Shown here: piece by piece, positions 46,407-58,498 of the stretch | How the letters are laid out: every line of letters begins with the position of its first letter | Numbering within the stretch: position 1 is the first letter of the stretch | Source: Amoebophrya sp. A120 | Lineage: Eukaryota > Protista > Dinoflagellata | Assembly (NCBI GenBank): GCA_905178155.1 | Contig: CAJINV010000002.1 | Location: forward strand, 12,409,621-12,473,620 | Direction: 5' to 3' | Length of the DNA stretch: 64,000 nucleotides | Notes under the pieces: model-generated | The model's database searches: none | What the model was told of the DNA's origin: nothing | What the model saw: the letters and a program-made list of their open reading frames with translations, nothing else | Program-made: the position numbers and the translations under genes

Positions 46407-49400
46407 CTACAATTCGAACTCCGTGGCGAGCAGGAGCAGCAAGGCAAGAGTGCAGATGGTGAAGAAGATGACCGTGGTCCAGGCGGACTCCGCTTGTTCT
46501 TCGTACTCCTCAATGCAGTCCTGAATTTCCTCATCGTCGAAAACGCTTAGATCCTCCTCGAATCCAGTTGACCAATGGCTCCTACTCGGTGGTAGCAGTT
46601 TCTTCAGCACTGCGCGCGCGCCGATCGGCCGAAGGCGCTGCTTGGAGCTGCTAGAGGAAAAACTCTTCTCGGTCGAGGGCCGCCGCTCCAGCTGCTCGGA
46701 GGCGTCGCTGCGGCAGGAAAAGCAGGCAGATTTCAGAAACCGACGCCCCCCACGGCTGCTGCTGTTGTACCCATACTGGGTGTCGCGAATCCAGGCCATG
46801 CCATCCTGATAGCCGGACCAAAAGATGCCCCGTAAAACTTTCTCGGACGGCGGGAAGCCAGCCCACCAGAACGGAATGATAATGCGCGGGACGATATCCG
46901 CGGTCGGAGCGGAGAGCGCACTCACTTTCACCACGGAGTCGTCGGGATGAAAGGTTCGCCACGGAACGAGAAACGTGAGCCACGCAAGCCCGTCGAGATA
47001 CCAGTTGTTCACTTTCGGGATGGGCGTGGACGGCTCGGCGGGTCCAGTGCTGCTTGTTGATGAAGATGGTTTCGCGCTGGAAGCAGGAGCTCTGTTCCCT
47101 ACTATTCTCTCCGTTTCGGGAGCTGTTTTCGAACGCGTCACTGTTTTCTTTGAAGCAGAACTTGACGCCAGAACGCCCGCTTTAGGACCATCCTCGTCTT
47201 CTGGCAGAGGCGAGGAAGCTGGTGTACCAGTTGGACCAGCTACAGGAGCTGTTCCCGAGACCATTTCTGGCGTCATCTTGAAAGGCAGCCATCCTGCGAC
47301 CAGCGGAACGTGCGAGGAAGCCTTGAGGCAATTCCGCAAGTGCGCGTCGGAGTGAAATTCATGGATAACCTCGGCCGTGAGAAACGGCGGCTTGGTGATG
47401 CGCACGTTGGTCAGCAAGATGCGAATGCGGTTACTCGCGCGCCGAAACATGTTCGGCTCAAGAAACTTCGCCATCGCGCCGTCTAGTGCCCGTACGGCCA
47501 GCACTGGGTTGTGTCCGATCGTCGGAAAAAGCGAAATCGCGTACTCGGCGAGCGCCCGCACGTCGACCCCGCAAGCCAGGGCGCAACCGACCAGAGCACC
47601 ACCGGAGGACCCCGAGAAACCGAGACAAGCTGGGTTCACCTTCTTACCATGTTTGGATCCAGCGCTTTTATTACGCCACCTGCTGTTCGGCCTGCTCCCT
47701 GTGGTCGTGTTTTCGAGTAACTCTTTACTCAGCGTGCGGGTCGGTGTGCTGACATCAGTACCACGACGATCATGGTCTAGCCCCTTTGCTGGCTTTGAAG
47801 TACTGGACGCAGGCTCGCTGCGCTCCGTGAATGTGGAAGAAGCGGGCCTCGAGGACGAAGACATGGACGGCATATCGTCGGAGGTGGAGGAATTATGGGG
47901 CACCGCAGAAGGGACAGAAAACATGTTCCCTGTGGACCGCCGCCGCAAGGTTACTTCGGCGGTGGGATTCACGGTTTCCTCGTCAGACGTCGTCGATGAC
48001 GAAGACGTTGCTTTCGTTCCCGCATCTTTCGAAAGAGCTTTTGTAGTCTTTGATCCTCCTTTTCCTCTGTCTCGCATGGATGTTGAGGTGGCACTATTTT
48101 CCTCCAGCGGGCCCGGAGCGGAGTCGTTGTTGTAAGTATCCAACAGGTCCTGCGTCAGGCGCCCGAAGTGGGATTCGATGGCATAGGCCACACCAAAGTG
48201 GTAAAGATACAACCACCCGCTACTGTCGAACGAAAACATGAGCTGGGGGCGGCGGTTCTTTCGTTTTCGCCGCAACCGCTCCTCGGCCATCTGTAGTGAC
48301 AGCCTGATGTCGGGCATCGAGGCGGAACGTAGTGCGAGATGTGCCGGCCCGGACGTTCCGGCGGTAATTGTAGCTCTGCGATTCCGGAGAGTCGCGGCCG
48401 GATGTGCTGTAACCGGTAGCACCTGCGGCGGCATGGTCGTCGAGGCATCCGCGCCATCCTCTGGGGATGCTGTCTTCTTACTCGATGTTGCTGTACTAGT
48501 GCCTGGTACAGCTGGCGATGATCTGCCATTCTCATCGGAGGAACGCGCTAGGTTCTTCGAATGCGTGAGTTCACCTGATTTCGATGTAGTTTTGTCCGCT
48601 GCAATTTTTTCATCGTAAAGGTCCACCTCGATATCGTCGTGCCGTGGCGAGGACCGCGTTGAGGAGGCGTAGAGCTTCGGCGTCAACCCACCGCCACCAA
48701 GTTCGCTAATGTCGGATTCCGTATCGGAAAATAAAGGCATGCCTTCGACGAAGCTCTGCATTTCGGTCGCCAGATCTACCTCTGCGGTGTTCGCTTTGGA
48801 AATATGGTCCTGGTGCTGGAAATCCGAGTAGAGAACCAGGCCCTGCAACATGACGCCAATCTGCCAGAGACAGGCTAGACCCGGCATCTTGCCAAAGAAC
48901 AAACACCAAAGGGAATGCACGAACAGTGTGCTCATCTGCATAATCTGCAATCGCACGACCTGGGCCTTGTGCTTCACGGCTTTGGCGGTACCTCCTGGTG
49001 GTTCTTCACCCGACTCCCCCGTTGCTGTGCTCGTACTACCAGCATTGGCGTTCTCCAGGCTGCTGGTGCTGTGCAGCACAGCGGCGGCGTAGTACCAGTA
49101 CACGAAAAAATTTGTGGCCGAATTGACCAGGACGACGAAGCCGACGTCACCATACGCGTTGTAGCGCGCGACGAGGAACCAGCTCCAGAGGTTGAGGATC
49201 CGCAGGTAGATGTGCAAGGATGTCATGATGCGCTGGAACTTATTACGCAGAATGACGAAGATGATGTCGCAGAGCTCCGTGACGTGCAGCATGTAGTGGA
49301 GCCAAACCAGAAGCGTCAGCCACGTGGACGAAAATTCCCGACCGTTGCCCCACCATTTGGAGAAGTACTGTAGATCGAACCCGAACACGTCTTCAAAGAC

Positions 49401-50957
49401 CGGCTTCACGACAAACGTGCGGACGGGGTAGGCAAACAGCATCTCGAACACCGGTTCCGCGATGTAGCTGATAAACAGGGCAAACGGGAAGCTGAAGATG
49501 CCCGTAGTGTTTGTTCCAGTAATGCGTCCCTGCAATGCCTCTGCAGCAGCCGAAGAGTCGCTGGGAGCTGTTGTTCCTTGCTCCTGAGTAGATGACCCTC
49601 CTATAAAGTCCATAATTCCACCTTGCTGCGCAGATATCGTGGCTTTATCACCTACCGTCTGTGGGCCGATGAAGGACTGGAACAGAAGGCCCCCGTAGGT
49701 TGAAACCGTTTCGTGGTTGGCGAACAGCGTCGGGAATTCCTGCAGCCGGCGCACCTCGAAAAAAACGTGGTAGCAGACGAACAAGTTCGCCAGCATCTGG
49801 GCCACGTTGTAGAGGAAGAGAAACTCAAAAATGTAGTCCGAGAAGGCGCTCCGTCGCTTTGCCATGAACCGCACGCCAAAGTAGATGACCACGAGATACA
49901 TCCACGTCGCCAGGATCGGCGAGAACCACCAGGGCTTCAGGGAAATTCCGCGCTCTGTCCACTGCGTCGCCTTGTGGTAGAGGCTGTAGAACCACGCGGA
50001 AAAAAACACACCCGCAAACACGCAGCGCTGCCAGAGAAACCGGGCCTGAATGTAGTCCACCAGCAGGCCGGTCTGCGTCGTGTAGATGCGCCGCAGCTCG
50101 GCTGCGGACACCACGGGCGATTTCTGCTGCAGCATCTCCTGTTGGTACTGCAGCACCTGCGCGCGGAACTGCCGGGCGCGGACCAACGCCTGGTCTGCCT
50201 GCTGTTCCAGCGACTCCGAGATGCCCTCGAACCGTTCCTTTGCCAAGTCCGCCGCGGTCTCCAGAGATTTGGACGCTGCCTCGGACACAGTTTCGAACCT
50301 TTCCTTCGCAGCCTCGGAAACAGTCTCAAACCTTTCCTTCGCTGCTTCGGAAACAGTCTCAAACCTTTCCTTCGCCGCCTCAGAAACCGACTCGAAGCGC
50401 TCCCGCGCACGCTCGAAGTCGAACCCGAAAGGCACATCGCGGACGGTCTCCTTGACATCCTCAAGCAGCTCGCCACTGCGCAACCGGGTCAGAAGCGAGC
50501 CCGGGTTGGTCGTACCGCCCGGAGTGACAGGGCCGTCAACGTCGTCATGTCCATGAAGATCATCTTCGCCGTCGGGGCGTAGTTCAGCCGAACCTTGCAG
50601 TGATCTAGTGGTCGTTAGCTTTCTTTCCCCATCGTGGAACTGATCTTGACCGGAGGCATCGTCTTTCGCTTCCTTTTGAATACTTCTCTGCTCGTCGTCG
50701 TCTCCAACATCTGGCTCGGCCCTTCTGTGGGGGTCAGCGGACTGCACTTCGGCAGCTGCTGACGAGAAGGCGTCGCTTGGTTGTGCGGCCTTCTCGATAC
50801 TGTCGGAGCTCTCTGATAGTGCCGCCTCGCCGTGCTCTCCTTTTGTGTTGTCCGGTTCACGACCCGTGTCCCTCTTCGGTGCGATCTGTGCCGCTTCACG
50901 CTCCCGCGAGTCATCCTTTCTTGCTTCATTCTTAGTGGATGCGATCTGCTCTGCCAT
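46407..50957 (-). CDS. ELO (GNS1/SUR4) elongase-like and patatin-like phospholipase fusion protein, copy 1 (ORF open to 51134)
   Basis: ELO-like: YLVVIYFGVRFM..R, LYNVAQ, ELCDIIFVILRNK, SLHIY, VNSATNFFVYWYY. Patatin: FSFDSSGWLYLYHFGVA, GSSGGAL, CLKASSHVP, YLDG. Confidence 0.85.
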   Translation of the reverse strand: MAEQIASTKNEARKDDSREREAAQIAPKRDTGREPDNTKGEHGEAALSESSDSIEKAAQPSDAFSSAAAEVQSADPHRRAEPDVGDDDEQRSIQKEAKDDASGQDQFHDGERKLTTTRSLQGSAELRPDGEDDLHGHDDVDGPVTPGGTTNPGSLLTRLRSGELLEDVKETVRDVPFGFDFERARERFESVSEAAKERFETVSEAAKERFETVSEAAKERFETVSEAASKSLETAADLAKERFEGISESLEQQADQALVRARQFRAQVLQYQQEMLQQKSPVVSAAELRRIYTTQTGLLVDYIQARFLWQRCVFAGVFFSAWFYSLYHKATQWTERGISLKPWWFSPILATWMYLVVIYFGVRFMAKRRSAFSDYIFEFLFLYNVAQMLANLFVCYHVFFEVRRLQEFPTLFANHETVSTYGGLLFQSFIGPQTVGDKATISAQQGGIMDFIGGSSTQEQGTTAPSDSSAAAEALQGRITGTNTTGIFSFPFALFISYIAEPVFEMLFAYPVRTFVVKPVFEDVFGFDLQYFSKWWGNGREFSSTWLTLLVWLHYMLHVTELCDIIFVILRNKFQRIMTSLHIYLRILNLWSWFLVARYNAYGDVGFVVLVNSATNFFVYWYYAAAVLHSTSSLENANAGSTSTATGESGEEPPGGTAKAVKHKAQVVRLQIMQMSTLFVHSLWCLFFGKMPGLACLWQIGVMLQGLVLYSDFQHQDHISKANTAEVDLATEMQSFVEGMPLFSDTESDISELGGGGLTPKLYASSTRSSPRHDDIEVDLYDEKIAADKTTSKSGELTHSKNLARSSDENGRSSPAVPGTSTATSSKKTASPEDGADASTTMPPQVLPVTAHPAATLRNRRATITAGTSGPAHLALRSASMPDIRLSLQMAEERLRRKRKNRRPQLMFSFDSSGWLYLYHFGVAYAIESHFGRLTQDLLDTYNNDSAPGPLEENSATSTSMRDRGKGGSKTTKALSKDAGTKATSSSSTTSDEETVNPTAEVTLRRRSTGNMFSVPSAVPHNSSTSDDMPSMSSSSRPASSTFTERSEPASSTSKPAKGLDHDRRGTDVSTPTRTLSKELLENTTTGSRPNSRWRNKSAGSKHGKKVNPACLGFSGSSGGALVGCALACGVDVRALAEYAISLFPTIGHNPVLAVRALDGAMAKFLEPNMFRRASNRIRILLTNVRITKPPFLTAEVIHEFHSDAHLRNCLKASSHVPLVAGWLPFKMTPEMVSGTAPVAGPTGTPASSPLPEDEDGPKAGVLASSSASKKTVTRSKTAPETERIVGNRAPASSAKPSSSTSSTGPAEPSTPIPKVNNWYLDGLAWLTFLVPWRTFHPDDSVVKVSALSAPTADIVPRIIIPFWWAGFPPSEKVLRGIFWSGYQDGMAWIRDTQYGYNSSSRGGRRFLKSACFSCRSDASEQLERRPSTEKSFSSSSSKQRLRPIGARAVLKKLLPPSRSHWSTGFEEDLSVFDDEEIQDCIEEYEEQAESAWTTVIFFTICTLALLLLLATEFEL
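50275..50403 (-). repeat. 33-bp coding tandem repeat encoding the 11-mer ERFETVSEAAK about four times
   Basis: ERFESVSEAAK ERFETVSEAAK ERFETVSEAAK ERFETVSEAAS in the translation, with synonymous variation between units. Confidence 0.9.
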
Positions 50958-52085
50958 TCCGACGAGCAGTGCTCGTATAAAGCAGGCGATTCGTGGCGCA
51001 AAAGAAGATACGACTACACATATACCAGGATGCAGATACGCATAGCCAACGGCATGGACGACTGGGGTTGTCGTTGTGGTTCGAGCGGGAAAGAGGAAGG
51101 ACAAGGGAAGGGATGCAAAAAACATATATTTCAAAAGATAAAAAGGGTAAGGCGAGTATCACGCTCTAATTGAAAAAAAGGCAGCCGCTGTGGACCTTGT
51201 GTTCAACACTTAATTTGATCGGACGTGTTTGATTCTCCGCGCGGAAAAATTTAGCTCGAACAGGAGGAACCAACGGGTTTCAACTTCTTCTATTTTCATT
51301 TCACATGGGCATTGATGATGCTACTCCCCAAACTCCGTGACCAAAAATCCAGTTGTAAGTACAGAATTCATTTCGCGTCCTGCAGCAACTTGTTCTGGTC
51401 CTCTTTGCCTAAAAAACCAATGGGAAAATTGACTCATCAAACCTCGGAATTGCTCCTAGCTTGGTAGTTGAAGGCAAATGCGTAGGCAAATCAGAGCGCA
51501 GGACCAGGATTATCTACTTCTCCTTGAGATAATGCTCGTGGTAACAAATCAAGCAAAAAAAAACAACGGCAGATGGCGCCGGCCTGGAAAGGTATGTATG
51601 GAATGTAATTTTCGAAGAATTTAACATATCTCTGGCCCACCAAAGAGATAAGCGTGTGTCTGGTAGCGGTTAGACTGCATTTTGATGTTGATATGACCAA
51701 GAATAAGACCAAAGCTACACACAAGAACCCACTAGCTACGGCGGTCATGATGTTTGAAAAAGCGTAGGTAAGAGCAAAAGTATCCGTTTTTGCAACACCA
51801 GCATTTCGTTTTCTTCGGATTTGCTGAAAAAATTATGAGTTTACCCTGGTTTGCTAGAGCTAGTATACCGCCAGATACTACACTAGGTGATGGTCTCCTT
51901 CGTCAGGAGTCAATGAGTATGTCGCTGTCGGTATCCGCAGGAACTTGTACTGCTTCTCCGAAAAGAGCGGTGCTAGTAGAGTCTACTTATCTTCTTCTTC
52001 ATGCGATTCATTTGGAAGGAAAATCGGAGTAGTAGTCAAATGGAACAAGAGCTGTATAGAAATTGCGTGTGATTCGTCTTGATGT

Positions 52086-55000
52086 TCAAGAGAAGGCGAT
52101 GAAAGCTAGCCCGATGAGGAGAAAACTCATGAAGCACGCCACCCAGCTGGTCTCGATGTGGTGATCTGCGACTGCGATGAGGCGCTCGACCTCCGCAGAA
52201 TTTGCTTCCAGGCGCTGCTGGCTCAACGATGCGTGGTAAGTGCCAGAAGACCAGAGCGCGATGGCGGGGTTGATGTTCACGTTTGCGCGGGACAACACGT
52301 CTTGGTGGTCCTTGCCTATCCCAGGTCCCGCTGGTGGATGAGGCTCCTTCATCTCTGATCCATTGGAAAACGTCGCTCTGTCTTGCTCTGCAGCGGCGCA
52401 ATTTTTCTCTGATGCGGATGCTGTCAAGCATTCAGACGTGTTTCGTGCTCTCTTCCCCCGTTTGCGCGGAGAGGTCCTCGACGCACTGATCTCCTTGGAA
52501 GTTGTTGTAGGACAATCTGTGCTGACACACCGCCCTTCACCTTCGTCCACAGAGGCAACGGAATTACTGTCCGGATTTGGGATCAGAAGACCCGGGTCGG
52601 GCTGCGAGAAGGTGATGCTGCTGCGGTCTCCTGCTTGGTCAGAAAACGAGGACGACGTCAAGTTTTCAAAACCTTTTGACCCGCTTCGGCTGCTCGGTTT
52701 GTTGTCTAAAACCGAGCGGCGACGCAAATCCTGAAACACCAGCGCGGGCGGCAGGCGTTCGTCGGGCTCCTCTAAGTCCGAGTCGGATGACAAAATTTCG
52801 CCCTGTGCCTCGAGAAAAACCGCCGGCGTGGTCGAGGCGGTCCGAGGAAATGACAGCTGCTCTTCTTGTTCTTCAGAAACACCAGCAGCTCGTCCTGGCG
52901 CTGCACAATCTTCCCGCGAGATGAAGCTACGCGAAAGTGACCTCGTTGCGAAAGCTGTAGAATGACCGCTGTGCAAGGGAGTCCGCTGGTGCGCTGGTTG
53001 CAAGGCTTCCGCGTTGAACGCACCACAGTTCTCGTCTTCATTGCGGATCATTCCGTGGTAGAAAGTGTCTTTGGAGCTCGAGCGCGAGCCGGTCTTCGAG
53101 CGCGCCGGAGACGAGCGGCACGAGCAGCCACAAACCCGCGGAACGGTCCGGTGGTTCCGCTCAAAGTGCGCCTTGCAGTCCAGGTAGCCCTGCCAGAACA
53201 TGCCCTCCAAAACTTCCTCGCCCGGCGGAAAAATCGCCCACCAGGCGGGAAACGTCTTCCGGGGACTGATATCCGCGTTCGGGTACACCCCGGTGGCGCT
53301 CACGCGCGTCACGTAGTCGCTCGGGCTAAAGGTCCGCCAGTGGACAAACAAGGAAAGCCACATCAGCCCGTCCACGTAGTAGGCCCTGTACTTCTCCACA
53401 AAATACGGAAACAGCCCCCCAAGCAGGGGAATGTGCGACGAGGCGCGGAGGCACTGGATGAAGTGGGTGCGGTCCTCGAACTGGGTGACAACCTGCACAT
53501 GGTAGAAAATCAGATAAAACACGAAAAATTGAGTATCTATTTTGCCATCAACTACACGATCACATTGACATAGTGCGGGTCCATGGCGCGGTTCCGGAAT
53601 CAATATAGCACTCGTCACGAAGAATGAAGATGTCTGAGGTACTTACCTGTCCCTTCGCAAAGGGTGGGCGCCAGAAGGACAAGCGGGTCATGAGAATGCG
53701 CAACCGGCCCGTACAGTGAGACACACTTGCCGGGACCCACTTCGCCAGTGTCCGGTCGCACAGCCGAAATGCCTCAAAGATGCTCCACCGGCAGGGGCCC
53801 GACTGGCGGATGGTGTCGAAGCAGACGTCCATGGGGTTCAACCCCAGCGCCAGTGCCCCAGCCACCAAAGCGCCCCCGCTCGCCCCGGAGAAGGCGAGCT
53901 CCGCCGGGTATTCGCCCGTTCCACAGGATAAGTGGTCGTAGATAAAGGTCGCGACGCCCCAGTGGTACACGTAAAGCCACCCGCAACTGTCGAAGGAAAA
54001 GCAGAACCGGGCCTCGGGTTGATGTTCCTTGCCGTCTTTGTTATGTCCGCTTAGGTGCTGATCCTGGCTGTGCACGTTGAAGTCGACGTACAGCAGCAGC
54101 AGCTGGCTGCAAACCAGCAGTTCGAGCAAAGGGATCACCGGATTGGTAATGTGCAGCAGCGGGTTTTTGTGCAACGGGCCGAGAGAGAATATTTGCTCGA
54201 TTCCGAACCAACTGTCCTGGAAGAGAGGCGACGGAAATGAGGACGAAAAATCTGCATTCAAGGTAGCTGGGCTGCTCGTCTGCACAAGGAGAAGGCAGCT
54301 AAACTGAAACACCGCGTGGAGAAACAAAATCATGTGCTGCGCCCATTGCAGAGCGGGAAAATGACGAAGCACAAAACTGTTGCACAGGGCCACGACGGCC
54401 AGAATGCTCTCCTGCAACAGCGTAGCAACACCCTTGTGCTTCTGACAGCTTTCCGTTTGGTCGGCGGCTGCTTCGGGGGCATGGCAAGCGGACAGTGACA
54501 AAGTTCGCTTGTCGTCTTCTGCACTACAAGACACACGACTGGTCGTTTCGCTTGTGTCCTGCCCCGTGAAGATGTCGCCACTGACTTTGTTGGAGGTCCG
54601 CTTCGCGTTCAAGTCCCTTTTCCTGAATTTCGCGCTTTTCTTTGCACTCGAACTTGTGCTGTGCGATACAACTTTTCTTGTCCGCGGCGTCGCAAGTTTT
54701 TCTTCGCAGTTGTCCGAGCACGTGCCTGACGATTGGGGTGTGCAATCCGACAGAGACGGTGTCGTATCTGCGTCCTCGATCGAAACTCTACCTTTCGTAT
54801 TTCTGCCACCAGTAGCTGCACTTGCCATTCTGGCGCTCGAGGTCGAAATAGCGCTAGGACGCACGGCAGCTGTAACGGTACCTCCGCGGCTGCTGTGGTG
54901 CTGCGTGTTCGAAGACGACTCCGCGGATCCGCACTCCTTCGCGAGTAGCATGGAGGCGATGTAGTAACCGTACGTGAGGAGAGAAAACAGGTTCATCACA

Positions 55001-56004
55001 AACAGGATCAAAATCATGTGACTCGCAGACGCGGCAGACTGCGGCACCTCTTCGAAGAAATTCAAGTCCGTTACTCTGCTTGGCTCCTGCTGGGCGGCAC
55101 TACTTCGCGCCTGGCCTACCGCCTCTTCGGCGCACAGCATCAGGTGCCGCGCCGCTACATACCAGGCCCACATCAGCATCGTCTTTACGTACACGTTGAG
55201 CAAGCTCACCGGTAGCCGGAACTTTTTCGCGGCGACAACAAAGACAATCTCGAATACCTCGAACAAGGTCAGGTGGTACTGCAGGCGCATGATCTTTGCA
55301 ATGTTCACCAGCTTTGTGACGCCGCGTGGCATCGGCAAAACGTCATCATTTCCGACCGTAGAAGCCTCCCGGCTAATGATCGGGTCGCCGGAAAGGTAGC
55401 CAAAGTAGTCGAAAATGCAGTTTCCCGCCGTGACGAAGAGCAGGAAACTCGCACAGAAACAGCAGGTGTCAAAGAGAAGTAGTGCCGGCCAAACGCGACG
55501 CGGCGTTCGCGCCTCCATGAAGCGCTGCCCGAAGTACAGTACGGCAATCAGCATCCACGTCGCGAACGTGGGATAGAACCAGGACAGCTTGAATGGAGAC
55601 ACCGCAGTTGGAGCTTCCACACCTGCTGCGCCCAACACCGTTCTGTTTCTGCTTGTCGTTTCGGCAGGTTCATTGCACGTGAAGAAAGCGACGACGCTCC
55701 AATATGCGATGCACGCGACGGCCACCGTACGGAACAGCCGCGGGGAGGGCTTTCCGCGCTTCGTGTAAATGGACAACTGCGCGTAGTTTGTCATAACGCG
55801 GCGCCATCTCGTCTGCTCAAGCTCGGACGGAAACCCGTCCTGCGAGACCGCGGGCGCCATGGATGATGTTGCGAGCCTCTTTTGCGACGATGATTCTTCT
55901 TCCGTGCCGGCAATTTCGTCCTGCCGCTGAGATCTTCTGTGCTGCTGGTGCAAAGCACTCGGCGCAGACATCCTGACAATCAAGGGAAGATCCACAAGCG
56001 CCAA
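52086..56004 (-). CDS. ELO-like and patatin-like phospholipase fusion protein, copy 2; exons 56004-53647 and 53492-52086
   Basis: YFGQRFMEARTP, FEVFEIVFVVAAKK, TYGYY; FSFDSCGWLYVYHWGVA, GASGGAL, CLRASSHIP, YVDG. GTAAGT...TGCAG intron keeps frame. Confidence 0.82.
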
Positions 56005-56629
56005 GAAAGGCAGCGCATAATCATGTCGAGCTCACCCTCACTGGAGGACTACTTCTTTTTTCTATGTTGCACGACCACGACAACGACCGACGCATGCTTG
56101 TCAGGCTTGTATTGTTTCTGAAGAAACATATGTACCAATGCTCTTTGTTTCTGCTAGTGTTTGTCCATTTTCAGTTGGGCTCACTCTTTACTCAACACTT
56201 ACACAAACGACAAAATTTGGATTTTCCTACGCAAGAATCGACTTTTTCTGCCTTGTTTGATCCATGCCGTTTTTCGTTTCCTTTTGAGCACCTACGCGAC
56301 TACGCACCTATAGCGCTCCGGGCACGCGTCAGATGACGACGAGAACAACTGCTGATCTGCTAGAGTTGCACGGTATTTGAAAAGCGCTTTTAGCGAATGG
56401 CAGTAGAGGCCGATAGTTTCAATATTCACAAGCGACTACGCTGTTTTCATTCCGGTCTTTGTTTAACCACTTCATCTCCCTAAAAAAAACTATAAAAAAA
56501 AGTGCAACACAAGACGAAGCTGTGCCTGTGTCCGGCGGTCTTCATATCTATCACGGTCGTTTTTTTCTGTTTGATGGCAAACCGACGCCACTACGCTGTC
56601 TAGGATCCAAGCTGTTTCTTTGTGACCTA

Positions 56630-58498
56630 CTAATCCAGATCGGAAATCGGGTCCTTGACGGGCACGTTGATGACCAGCGTTTTTTTCTTGGTCGAGGCTT
56701 TCGCTGTGATTTTGTCCACGTCGAGCACCTTTGACTTCAGTATTTTCTCGAGTTTTCCGGGCTCGACGGCCCAAGCAGGAGATTTTGCAACAGAGTTGGC
56801 TTGCAGCGGTATTCTGGTCACTCCGCCGTCGTAGGACAAGACAATACCCGCGGCCGTGGCGTCCAGCTCGACTTCGCGCGGTCGCTCGCAGTCTGTCACC
56901 GTGACGAGCAATTTCGGTAGCAGGGAAGCTTTATCGTCCCCGCCTTCAACCGCAACCGAGAACTTCAGACTCGCGCCGTCCTCTACTTCGGCGGCCGAAT
57001 CTCCAAGTGTCGCAGGAGCTCCGCTCTCTGTTGATGCTGTCACCTCCACGCCATCCGGTGCAGCAGATTGCTCTTTTCCTGGCTTTTGGTCCAGAAAGCC
57101 CTTCGCCAGGCCTTCGAAATCGAAGTCGGCAAGGTCAAATTTAGACGGAGCTGCGGAGTCACCCGCTTGCTTCCCCGTCGCGCTCTTCTTGTCCTTGTCC
57201 GTCAGAGGGTGGGGCTTCCCAGAGGAATCGTAATACCTGCAGATAAGAAAAAACCAACAGTGCATGTTTTAGCACTAAATCACTGCAACCCTTTGTATGT
57301 GTTGTTGATAGATAAATCTTGTGGTCCTTGTGCTTAGCTTTATCAAGAAAGTGCTTACATCAAGTCTGTACCAGTCCCGTTTCGGCGCATTTGCGGCTCC
57401 ACCTCCAGCGCCAAGGTCGTCCTCCTCGTCGTCCAGCATTTTGTCAAATTTTGAGTAGTCCACGTCGTACTTCCCGATGGGCTTGTCCTCGGCCCAGCGG
57501 TCGTAGGTTTTCGTTTGCTTTTTCGCCCATTTTTCCATGTCCTTCATCATCTGGCTGTTCTCGGCGTTGGTCTCCGCTGCCGCCTTCCGCTGCGCCTCCG
57601 CCGCCTGGTATTCCGGCGTGTTGGTGTCCACGATTTTGCAAGTGTTCCGGAGCTTCTTCGGCAGGAAGCCCATGGGGTCGCCGGCGTTCTCGGGCAGCAC
57701 CCCCTCGGTGCTGCCGGCCTCGCCGTAGAGCGAGCCTTCGGCGCCCTTCTTGTTGAGAAAGCCCTTCATGGTCTTCTTCAGCGGTTTCGCCTTCGGCTTG
57801 CTCTCTCGGATCACAAACTCGTCCGGCTTCAGGTTCAGCGACTCGCGGTCGTCCTTGAACTTCACCTCCGAGGTCGCGACGGTCTGCTGCTTCAGCTCCT
57901 TCTCCATCTCGATCCGGATCTCCTCCACGGCCTCGTCGGTCATGATTTCCTGGAAGTCGTGCACCTGCCCGCCCCGTGCGTAGTCCTTATACTTGGTCTC
58001 TTTCACCAGTTTGATGTCCTTGCCCTCGCGGCTCAGCTTCACCTTCAGCTCCCGCTCGATCATGTTGAAAGCCACGTTGCTCAGGTAGGGGCGGAACGGG
58101 TTGGTGTCCTCCCCGCTGAAACCCCGTCCCGCGGTGTTGAAGTCCTCATTCATGAAAAGCTCGACCATCGTCGGGTGAAATACCACGTCGACCGCGAAGG
58201 AGCTCTGCTTTCCCTCCGACGCCAGCTTCAGCTTGCGGTAGCTCCCGAGGTCGAGCGGAACCTGCATGTTGCCCAGGCCGTGCTTCAAAATCCACTCCTT
58301 GCTGGCCGGTTTGCCGTTCGGCAGCCGCGGGGCTTCGATCAGCGGGTGGGAACAGAAATTCAGGTACATGCGACTCCCCTCCAGGCTGGTCTTTCCATCC
58401 ACACTGCTCGTGATCTTCGCCTTCAGACAAAACCCCGCGTGCGGCCGCAGCGCAGGCTGCTCCGGGACCAGGAGCGAGTCCATATTGGGAGGGGCCAT
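56630..58498 (-). CDS. PIH1-domain protein (PIH1D/kintoun-DNAAF2 family) with C-terminal CS-like domain; exons 58498-57372 and 57236-56630
   Basis: PHAGFCLKAK...MYLNFCSHPLI..P...VPLDLG...VDVVFHP is the PIH1 N-domain pattern. C-terminal ITAKASTKKKTLVINVPV is CS-like. Confidence 0.8.
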
